A stretch of DNA of 63,558 nucleotides, from positions 124,001 through 187,558 of the forward strand of contig JASTWF010000337.1 of the NCBI GenBank assembly GCA_030390025.1. Reading direction: 5' to 3'. Below the pieces are notes generated by a model. The model saw nothing but the letters and a program-made list of their open reading frames with translations. It did not search any database and was not told where the DNA came from. The first letter of the stretch is position 1; the number at the start of each line of letters is the position of its first letter. Both the position numbers and the translations under genes were made by a program. Shown here one piece after another: positions 47,116 to 55,900 of the stretch. Source of the DNA: Squalus acanthias. Taxonomy: Eukaryota.

Positions 47116-47851
47116 CTGTGTGTGTGTGTCCCTGTCTGTGTGTGTGTCTGTGTGTGTGTGTCCCTGTACGTGTGTGTCTCTGTCTGTGTGTGGTTCTGTG
47201 CCTGTCTGTGTGTGTCTGTGTCTGTCTGTGTGGGTGTGTGTGTGTTTGTGTGTGTGTGTGTCTGTGTCTGTGTGTGTGTGTGTGTGTGTGTGTCTGTGTG
47301 TGTGTGTCCCTGTCTGTGTGTGTGTCTGTGTGTGTGTGTCCCTGTACGTGTGTGTCTCTGTCTGTGTGTGGTTCTGTGCCTGTCTGTGTGTGTCTGTGTC
47401 TGTCTGTGTGGGTGTGTGTGTGTTTGTGTGTGTGTGTGTCTGTGTCTGTGTGTGTGTGTGGGTGTGTGTCTTTGTGTGTGTGTGTGTGTCTGTGTGTGTG
47501 AGAGAGTGTGTGTGAGAGAGTGTGTGTGTGTGTCGTGTGTCTGTGTCTCTGTGTGTGTGTCTGTGTGTCTGTGTTTGTCTGTGTGTCTGTGTGTGTGTGT
47601 TTGTCTGTTTGTGTGTCTGTGCGTCTGTGTGTGTGTGTGTGTGTGTGTGTGTCGTGTGTCTGTGTCTCTGTGTGTGTGTCTGTGTGTGTCTGTGTGTGTG
47701 TGTCTGTGTGTGTGTCTATCTGTGTGTGTCAGTGTGTGTGTGTCCATGTGTGTGTCTATCTGTGTGTGTCTGTGTGTGTGTCTGTGTGTGTGTCTGTGTG
47801 TGTGTCTGTGTCTGTCTGTGTGTGTGTGTCCGTGTGTGTGTCTATCTGTGT

Positions 47852-47886
<35 letters not shown>
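45175..47886. repeat. Compound (TG)n/TCTG/TCCCTG microsatellite array
   Basis: 2.7 kb of tgtgtgtctg variants with local duplications (e.g. tgtggctatgtgactg at ~46423 and ~46748; ccctgtacgtg at ~47162 and ~47340). Confidence 0.96.
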
Positions 47887-47888
<2 letters not shown>

Positions 47889-47904
47889 TTTGTCTATACT
47901 GCAA

Positions 47905-48057
47905 GTGTGTTTGTGGGAGTTTGCTGTGCGTAAATTGGCTGCCGCGTTTCCCACATTACAACAGTTACTACACTTCAAAAGTACTTCATTGTCTGTGAAG
48001 TGCTTTGGGATGTCCTGAGGTGGTGAAAGCCACAATAATAAAGCAAGTCTGTCTTTT
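47905..48057 (+). mobile_element. SINE 3' fragment (Deu-domain/SacSINE1-like, LINE-derived tail)
   Basis: gggagtttgctgtgcgtaaattggctgccgcgtttccc...tgtgaagtgctttgggatgtcctgaggtggtgaaagcc...aagcaagtctgtctttt matches my recollection of the shark DeuSINE 3' half; no tRNA-derived head present. Confidence 0.7.
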
Positions 48058-48520
48058 TAGCGGGGTCCCTTATCATCTAGCTGCCATCCTGCGCCTTGTC
48101 CCTGCTAGAGCTGGGCTACTGAACTGAGGAAGTATAAAAGCATGAAATAACAACAGAAAATGCTAGAAATACTCAGCAGGTCAGGCAGCATCTGTGGAGA
48201 GAGAAAGAGAGTTAACGTTTCAGGTGGATGAAGTATAAAAGCATTGTGACCTCTCCCACAATGTGGGGAATTGGCGGCAGGAAGCTGTGCGAATAAGCTG
48301 CACAGTTAGGGAATGGAAGCCTTTGCAGTTCATCTAAATATGGAAGGTTACATTTGGTGCACGCAATGCCAGATGGGGATGATCAGTAGTCCCCACAACC
48401 CTCGGGAATCTAGCAATTCTGAAACACTTTGTGGCCCTCGCAGTCATCTGTCGGGGAACACTATCAGATGGTATAAACTGAGCTGCCCTGGCAATGAGGG
48501 CATTGCAGACAAACTCACAG
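48058..48520 (-). pseudogene. PIF/Harbinger transposase fragment, central part (first two catalytic Asp motifs)
   Basis: VCNALIARAAQFI...FRIARFPRVVGTTDHPHLALRAP...*MNCKGFHSLTVQLI, frameshift, GRGHNAFILPQFSSPAL, frameshift, GWQLDDKG-PL; compare AGFP.VQGAIDCTHV, NRKGFHS.NVQ, PGS.HD..IL, WLLGDKGYPL. Confidence 0.88.
48144..48229 (-). mobile_element. 86-bp insertion with 15-bp TSD, probable Penelope-like element terminal fragment
   Basis: gaagtataaaagcat at 48129-48143 and 48230-48244; removal restores the transposase (HNAFIL|PQ); related sequence at 55775-55900. The Penelope assignment is from recall only. Confidence 0.7.
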
Positions 48521-48521
48521 C

Positions 48522-49886
48522 AACATAAGAACATAAGAAATAGGAGCAGGAATAGGCCACTTGGCCCCTCGAGCCTGCTCCGCCATTCAATAAGATCATG
48601 GCTGATCTTGGGCTCAAAGCCACTTCCCCGCCCACTCCCCATAACCCTTCACTCCCTTATCTAGCAAAAATCTGTCTATCTCCACCTTAAATGTATTTAA
48701 TGACCCAGCCTCCACCGCTCTCTGGGGCAGAGAATTCCACAGATTTACGACCCTCTGAGAGAAGAAATTCCTCATCTCAGTTCTAAAAGGGCGACCATTT
48801 ATTCTGAAACTATGCCCCCGAGTTCTAGATTTCCCCACGAGGGGAAACGTCCTCTCTGCATCTACCTTGTCGAGCCCCCTCAGTATCTTATATGTTTCAA
48901 TAAGATCACCTCTCATTCTTCTAAATTCCAGTGAGTATAGGCCCAACCTGCTCAACCTTTCCTCATAAGTCAAACCCCTTCATTTCCGGAATCAACCTTG
49001 TGAACCTTCTCTGAACTGCCTCCAATGCAAGTATAACCTTCCTTAAATAAGGAGACCAAAACTGTACGCAGTACTCAGGGTGTGGTCTCACCAATACCCT
49101 GTACAGTTGTAGCAGGACTTCCCTGCTTTTATACTCCAACCCCCTTGAAATAAAGGACAACATTCCATTTGCTTTTTTGATTACTTGCTGTACCTGCATG
49201 CTAACTTTTTGTGTTTCATGCACAAGGACCCCCAGGTCCCTCTGAACTGTAGCATTTTGTAATCTCCATTTAAATAATTATTTGCTTTTTTATTTTTCCT
49301 GCCAAAGTGTATAACCTCACACTTTCCCACATTATACTCCATCTGCCAAATGTTTGCCCACTAAATGCCTGTCTATATCCCTTTGCAGGTTCTTTGAGTC
49401 CTCTGCACAACTTGCTTTCCCACCCATCTTTGTATCATCCGCAAACTTGGCTACATTACACTCGGTCCCTTCATCCAAGTCATTAATGTAGATTGTAAAT
49501 AGTTGAGGCCCCAGCACCGATCCCTGTGGCACCCCACTAGTTACCGTTTGCCAACCAGAAAATGACCCATTTATCCCGACTCTCTGCTTTCTGTTAGTTA
49601 GCCAATTCTCTATCCATGCTAATATATTACCCCCAATTCCGTGAGCTCTTACCTTATGCAGTAAACTTTTATGTGGCACCTTATCGAATGCCTTCTGGAA
49701 ATCCAAATACACATCCACTGGCTCACCCTTGTCCACCCTGCTCGTTACATCCTCAAAGAACTCCAGCAAATTTGTAAAACATGATTTCCCTTTCATAAAA
49801 CCATGCTGACTCTGCTTGACTGCATTATGTTTTTCCAAATGCCCTGCTACTGCTTCCTTAATGAAGGACTCCAGCATTTTCCCAAC
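48522..49886 (-). mobile_element. 5'-truncated CR1-clade LINE (RT domain to 3' tail), frameshifted
   Basis: [34 protein letters not shown] and FADDTK in ORF 49332-49877; C-terminal ORFs 48963-49223 and 48614-48973; (cttatgtt)n tail at ~48522-48538. Confidence 0.96.
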
Positions 49887-50192
49887 TTGACTGAACTGAC
49901 AAGAGTCCCCTGTGCTCCTGGAATGAGCCTGTGGTATAAATGTTGAGAGGTGTGGCCACTTTCTCTGCCACTGTCAGGCCTGCTCATGCTGTGGACTGAA
50001 GTATAACCTCCTGAGACAGAGTTCTTGGGAAAGCTTTCAGAGAGTGCGTCACAGTTGATGCACTCTGCTGGATAGTTACTGTTGGGATGGTCTTGCTCTC
50101 CTCTGCTATCTCCTGATTAATCTGGTCTATATCACTGCCTCCTGCTGCTCCTCTTCCTCCAGCAGGTACATCATGTAAAGTGGAATTCCCAT
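49887..50192 (-). pseudogene. PIF/Harbinger transposase fragment, N-terminal/HTH part
   Basis: MGIPLYMMYLLEEEEQQE from the ATG at 50192, then [21 protein letters not shown], frameshift, [10 protein letters not shown], resembling ALPVAVKVT.ALNFYATGSFQ...GD.CGISQ. Confidence 0.75.
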
Positions 50193-50654
50193 TGGGAAGC
50201 TCATTTTGCAGCCTTTTGATACTAGCTCCCAAATTCTCTTTAACTGCAATGCTCACCAAGGGGAATGTAGAATGTAAGTGCCGGTTTACTGAGTACAACA
50301 GTGAATATTTCCCGAATATCCCCCGTCAACCCCAAATACGGCAAATAATCTCATCAAGCAATCTATGCCAGCAGTTTCCCTTTAACCAGGTGCTGCCACC
50401 TTGGTGAATGGGTCCTGGCAAACTCAGCCGCCGAAACAATGGTGCAGATTGACAAGGGCAGAGGGCAAGGTGGAAGTCACAGAATTTACAGGTTGACATC
50501 TTTCTGTCCGAACCCAGTCAGTTCCATGTGACTGTCACTGGGAGGTAACACTCTGAACCTGAGGGAATTTACACTGGGCACTTCTCCATCCAATATATCA
50601 GACCAGGTCCAACTTCCCCAGCCTGAAAAGAGCAAATACAGGCGTGAGCCCTCA

Positions 50655-50700
50655 TCATTATCCCACACTCATTATCCCACACTCATTATCCCACACTCAT
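50655..50700. repeat. 14-bp tandem repeat, 3.3 copies (tcattatcccacac)
   Basis: Exact copies at 50655, 50669 and 50683. Confidence 0.9.
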
Positions 50701-50809
50701 TTCAAGGCCAACGTTTTTGATGTCATTGGTAGGCTGCTGCGATGCTAGAATATAAATTTAAAATCACAAAGGAAGTTTGAAGGAAATAGTTTGATCCCCT
50801 GTATATCTG

Positions 50810-51552
50810 GGGCCAAAAATTCATCCCGCGACGCGAGAGTACGCACTGCGTACTCTCGCGTATTCTCTCTCCAATTGCCGGTTTTCTGCATGCCCTGCGC
50901 ATGCGCTGAAAACCGGCACTTGGTCTTTTGAAAAGGGGGCGGTTCCTCGGTGCATCGCGTGCGCGCTACAGGCTGCGCGCACGCTGTGCACTTCGTGCTT
51001 TGGACGCGCAGGTAAGTACGGAAGATTTTAGAAATGGAAAAAGGAGGAGTAAGACCCACTTTTAACAAGGTAAGTAGTGAATTAAGTATTTTTTTGAATT
51101 TTTTTTAACAGGTATATCTTTTTTAGAGACTTTAAAGACAGGTAAGTTTATTTTTATAACTTTTTAAAAGATTTTAAATTTTTTCAAAAATTAAATTTTT
51201 TATTTAAAACGGTTAATTTATTTAACTATACTTATTTTATTAATGTGATGGTTTTTTTTAAAATTTAATTGAGGTTTAGCTGTTATTTTGGGGGGCTGTA
51301 AGATTCATAGATTTCACAGCACGTATGTGAAACTTATGAATGGAAGATGGTGTGCTGCCATTGGCTCTAACTGAGTCACGTGATCCCACAGCTCGCACGA
51401 ATTCACTACGCCGGTGGGATACGCAAGCACTGCCCAGCTGATGTCTGGAACATCAAGTTCGTGCGAGCTGGATCTGAAAAAGCACAGGCGGAGTGAGAGA
51501 TCGCGGGGAAGCCTTACCCCCGCGGGAACAGAGCGAGATCAATTTCTGGGCC
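50810..51552. mobile_element. Non-autonomous DNA transposon (Harbinger-type MITE, 743 bp)
   Basis: TIRs gggccaaaaattcatcccgc and revcomp ggcccagaaattgatctcgc (16/20); CTG on both flanks (50807-50809, 51553-51555); CpG-rich arms around an AT-rich core. Confidence 0.8.
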
Positions 51553-51960
51553 CTGGTATCAGAATGAAAAGGCCCAGGTGTCTGATTGACATTTGTTGAC
51601 TCCCACATAGAACTGTGCCACATCCTGGGTCTGTCTGCTTCTGTACCTCAACCAGCACCTGCTGGCTGCGACTGGGTGCGGCAGTCACTGCCACTCTGCG
51701 TCTCGCACAGAGTTTTATACCTTCTCTCCTGGGCTGCAAATGGCTCATCATTCAATGCAATCAGCAGGAGTCACTTACAAGCCCAAGCTCCAAAGTGACT
51801 GACTTTAGCAGTGAAAGGACGTAACTGGTGGGGACAGGAGGAGGGCACTGACTGGAGCCCACACTGAACGGGGATGGAATGGTTCTGAGCAACAGTCTAA
51901 GATGTGTGAAAGTCTGGAGGCAGCGTGGCTCCTCTTGGGGAGTTTGAAGACTGTGCGAGA

Positions 51961-52107
51961 ATGATTAGTGCTGACTACGTGCCGGGATTATCTGCCTGTC
52001 TAATCTGATTAGTGATAATGTAATTATGAAGCACTCTGCGCCATATCCTGCCACTCTCACAACTGATGTCAGCAGTAATCCTGCTTGTGAGGCTGTAGCA
52101 TTCAGCA
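51961..52107. promoter_or_regulatory. Candidate enhancer: cluster of K50/paired-type homeodomain sites and Maf half-sites
   Basis: TGCTGAC 51969, GGATTA 51985, TAATctgATTA 52001, TAATgtaATTA 52016, GTCAGCA 52068, TAATCC 52076, TTCAGCA 52101; motif evidence only. Confidence 0.3.
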
Positions 52108-52333
52108 TTCAGATGCTGGACTTTTGAAATGAATGCTGTAAATATGGTGGGGAGAAAGAGTGGTGTAAATGTCTTGATGTACAAAGTCAAAGCAAGGGAG
52201 GATCGCCCTGTCTGGGAGTAGCCGGCACAGGCAGTCTGTCAATGTGAGCAGTCTCCGTGCTGTAGTTACTCAATCCCAAAACAAAGAAACACCTGCAAGA
52301 TGAGCAGAAAACAATAAAATAGTAATAACACGA

Positions 52334-52974
52334 CCGCAGACTCCAAGCCCGCAGACTGCAAACCCGCAGACGCCAAGCCCGCAGACTCCAGCCCCGCAGA
52401 CTCCAGCCCCGCAGACTCCAGCCCCGCAGACTCCAGCCCCGCAGACTCCAAGCCCGCAGACTCCAGCCCCGCAGACTCCAGCCCCGCAGACTCCAGCCCC
52501 GCAGACTCCAAGCCCGCAGACTCCAAGCCCGCAGACTCCAGCCCCGCAGACTCCAGCCCCGCAGACTCCAGCCCCGCAGACTCCAGCCCCGCAGACTCCA
52601 GCCCCGCAGACTCCAGCCCGCAGACTCCAGCCCCGCAGACTCCAGCCCCGCAGACTCCAGCCCCGCAGACTCCAGCCCCGCAGACTCCAGCCCCGCAGAC
52701 TCCAAGCCCGCAGACTCCAGCCCCGCAGACTCCAGCCCCGCAGACTCCAAGCCCGCAGACTCCAGCCCCGCAGACTCCAGCCCCGCAGACTCCAGCCCCG
52801 CAGACTCCAGCCCCGCAGACTCCAGCCCCGCAGACTCCAAGCCCGCAGACTCCAGCCCCGCAGACTCCAGCCCCGCAGACTCCAGCCCCGCAGACTCCAA
52901 GCCCGCAGACTCCAGCCCCGCAGACTCCAGCCCCGCAGACTCCAGCCCCGCAGACTCCAGCCCGCAGACTCCAA
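52334..52974. repeat. 15-bp GC-rich minisatellite (ccgcagactccagcc), ~43 copies
   Basis: Near-perfect array with two interspersed variants (ccagccccg / ccaagcccg) and two 14-bp units. Confidence 0.97.
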
Positions 52975-53464
52975 CCGATGGGCTCGAACCGAAGGGATCA
53001 GCTGACAGACTACCTCCAATGGGCAGACACCCATGAGGGGAAAATTCATGTTCACCAGCAACGTTGCTGGTGTCACTGGCCGCTGGAAATAGCTGCAACC
53101 CTAAGCGAGTGAAATTAGTCTGGGGGACATGGAGATCGGTGGCGCACAGCTCACCTTCCGTGCAACGCCGTCCTGGTGTCGTTGCTCGAGGGATCCGGGA
53201 CAAAGTTTCAGTCCAGGTCCGGCGTTGCCTCTGTGAGCGAAGCAGTGGAACTCAGAGGGAATGGTGGGCAATGAAGAGGTCTGAGAATTAAAGGGGCCAC
53301 GCACACTGAAGCAATACAAAATAAAATGCAGTGAATCAATACAGTTTTTAGCCCTTTCTGCCTTTTAAGAAATATTCAATATTTACAAGTGAATATTCAG
53401 CTGTTAAAGCTGAAGTACCTTTCTAAACTGAACAAATGGGAAAACTGCCTCAGCACTGACACAA

Positions 53465-53927
53465 ATTGCTCAGCAGGCCAGGGCAGGGGCACCCAGGGTC
53501 TCGCACACAGCACTCCAGCTTTGTGCAGGGGATCAACACTGCAAGAGAGGTCTTCTACCCACAGGGGCAAGGAGGGCCTCCCAAAAGAAGATTGTGGGAG
53601 TATATCACTAAGACCATCACTGCCAGCAGTGTCAGCCCCCACCACCTGGCTCCAGTGCCCAAAGAAACTTCATGACCTCAGACCACAGGTCAAGGTCAGT
53701 GATGCACCTTCAAAAGCTGTCACCTACCAACTGCACCACTAGCCTCACACGGTGCTCAATGCAGGACCCCCCAATCACTCACCTACCAACAATCTGCACC
53801 AATGACGAGTACATCTCCCATACCTAGCATCACCTTACCCCCTTGGAGGAGACGGTGCAGGCCATTCTTGGCGGGGGCATGGCTGAGTCCTTGGCCAGCA
53901 GCAGGGCTGAAAGGATACAAGATGCGG
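53465..53927 (+). pseudogene. Harbinger-associated Myb/SANT-like DNA-binding protein pseudogene (two exon remnants)
   Basis: AQQARAGAPRVSHTALQ / FVQGINTAREVFYPQG...RRLWEYITKTITASSV / APTTWLQCPKKLHDLRPQVK across two frameshifts, donor aag|gtcagt at 53694/5; second piece LTPLEETVQAILGGGMAESLASSRAERIQDA at 53834-53927. Confidence 0.75.
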
Positions 53928-54042
53928 GTATCCTCATACGTTATCGTCCCTCTGCCATGCGCCTCTGGGTTTCCCGCCCTCCCGTCAGCACAACTCCACC
54001 CTTGTGTCTTCTTCATTTCACACACCCAAGAAATGCAGCATA

Positions 54043-54293
54043 CCCAGCCAGTGGGCCAACAAGAAGAGGCAGCCTGCCCAGCCAGTGGGCCAACAAGAAG
54101 AGGCAGCCTGCCCAGCCAGTGGGCCAACAAGAAGAGGCAGCCTGCCCAGCCAGTGGGCCAACAAGAAGAGGCAGCCTGCCCAGCCAGTGGGCCAACAAGA
54201 AGAGGCAGCCTGCCCAGCCAGTGGGCCAACAAGAAGAGGCAGCCTGCCCAGCCAGTGGGCCAACAAGAAGAGGCAGTCTGCCCAGCCAGTGGG
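54043..54293. repeat. 34-bp minisatellite, ~7.4 copies (cccagccagtgggccaacaagaagaggcagcctg)
   Basis: Head-to-tail copies, one substitution in the last full unit, no spacers. Confidence 0.97.
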
Positions 54294-54294
54294 A

Positions 54295-54420
54295 CGGCAG
54301 GCGGATGATTCAATCCCAGATATCCCGGCCACAAAGGGGCTGTCTGGGATGCATCCTTCCGTCTGATTCCTCCTCTTCGGCTCCCTCCTCTTCCCTCTGC
54401 AAGCAGATGCTGTTATTGTG
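54295..54420 (-). pseudogene. Harbinger transposase extreme C-terminus
   Basis: HNNSICLQREEEGAEEEESDGRMHPRQPLCGRDIWD*IIRL: HN motif, acidic tract and a G...R..LI-like end; TGG/TGA are consistent with CpG decay of Arg codons. Confidence 0.55.
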
Positions 54421-55764
54421 ACTCAACCATGGCTAACAAGGGAAATTAGGGATAGCATAAGATCCAAGGAGAGGACATATAAATTGGCCAGAAAAAGCAG
54501 CAAACCTGAGGATTGGGAGCAGTTTAGGATTCAGCAAAGGAGGACAAAGGGATTAATTAAGAGGGGGAAAATAGAATATGAGAGTAAGCTTTCAGGGAAC
54601 ATAAAAACTGACTGTAAAAGCTTCTATAGATATGTGAAGAGAAAAAGATTGGTGAAGTCAAGCGTAGGTCCCTGGCAGTCAGAATCAGGGGAATTTATAA
54701 TGGGGAACAAAGAAATGGCAGACCGAGTGGCAGGCAGTGACTAGTGGGGTACCACAGAGATCGGTGCTAGGACCCCAGCTGTTCACAATATATATTAATG
54801 ATCTAGACGAGGGAACTAGGTGTAATATCTCTAAGTTTGCAGATGACACAAAGCTGGGTGCGCGTGTGTGCTGTGAGGAGGATGCAGAAAAGCTCCAGTA
54901 TGATTTGGACAGGTTGGGTGATTGGGCAGATGCATGGCAGATGCATTATAATGTGGATAAATGCGAGGTTATCCACTTTGGTGGCAAAAACAGGAAGACA
55001 GATTATTATCTGAATGGCAATAGATTGGGAAAAGGGGAAGTGCAACGAGATCTGGGAGTCCTTGTGCGCCAGTCGCTGAAGGTAAGCATGCAGGTGCAGC
55101 AGGCGGTTAAGAAGGCAAATGGTATGTTGGCCTTCATAGCGAGAGGATTCGAGTACAGGAGCAAGGATGTCTTGCTGCAGTTGTACAAGGCCTTGGTGAG
55201 ACCACACCTTGAGTATTGTGTGCAGTTTTGGTCGCCTTATCTGAGGAAGGATGTTCTTGCCATGGAGGGAGTGCAGCGAAGATTTACCAGACTGATACCT
55301 GGGATGGCAGGAATGACGTATGAAGAGAGATTAGGTCGATTAGGCTTATATTCGCGAGAGTTTAGAAGAATGAGAGGGGATCTCATTGAAACTTATAAAA
55401 TTCTAACAGGACTAGACAGACTAGATGCAGGAAGGATGTTCCCGATGGCGGGGAGTCCAGAACCAGAGGTCACAGTCTAAGGATAAGGGGTAAGCCATTT
55501 AGGACTGAGATGAGGAGGAATTTCTTCACCCAGAGAGTGGTGAACCTGTGGAATTCTCTACCACAGAAGGCAGTTGAGGCCAATTCATTAAATATATTCA
55601 AGAAGGAGATAGATATATTTCGTAAGGCTAAAGGGATCAAGGGATATAAGGAGAAAGCAGGGACAGGGTACTGAATTTGGATGATCAGCCATGATCTCAT
55701 TAAATGGTGGAGCAGGCTCGAGGGGCCGAATGGCCTACTCCTGCTCCTATCTTCTATGCTATGC
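54418..55764 (+). mobile_element. CR1-clade LINE, 5'-truncated with a large internal deletion at ~54724
   Basis: QPWLTREIRDSIRSKE...KSFYRYVKRKR...GNKEMAD joined directly to EWQAVTSGVPQRSVLGP...FADDTK...QFWSPYLRKD; frameshift near 55450; 3' UTR and tail ctcctgctcctatcttctatgctatgc. Confidence 0.96.
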
Positions 55765-55774
55765 TTGTGAAATG

Positions 55775-55900
55775 ACAGCATAAAATGCTGGAAATACTCA
55801 GTTGGTCAGGCAGCATGTTGACCTGAGACCTGCCTGAACTCTATTTTTCTCTCTACGGATGTTGCGTGGCCTGTTGAGTATTTGCAGCATGTTCTGTCTT
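55775..55900. mobile_element. Diverged inverted pair of the same repeat as 48144-48229 (probable Penelope-like terminal fragment)
   Basis: aaaatgctggaaatactcagttggtcaggcagcat ... gatgttgcgtggcctgttgagtatttgcagcatgttctgt form imperfect inverted arms. Confidence 0.6.

Noticed and set aside
27672..47886. Giant functional hairpin or TIR pair formed by the CA and TG arrays
   Set aside because: The arrays differ in variant monomers (CTCA vs TCCCTG), so they are not copies; the orientation is better explained by the inversion.
27599..48035. His/Thr-rich and Cys/Val-rich ORFs suggestive of metal-binding proteins
   Set aside because: Direct translations of (CA)n and (TG)n in overlapping frames.
44944..50192. 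Domesticated HARBI1 host gene
   Set aside because: In-frame stops, frameshifts, nested insertions and an inversion; no gene symbol assigned.
52187..53203. (LESAG)n repeat protein
   Set aside because: Translation of a 15-bp VNTR, open in several frames, with frame-shifting 14-bp units.
54043..54293. CRISPR array (34-bp repeats)
   Set aside because: No spacers, no cas genes, vertebrate context.
54737..55480. Active reverse transcriptase gene
   Set aside because: Lacks the endonuclease and half of the RT domain, and is frameshifted at the 3' end.
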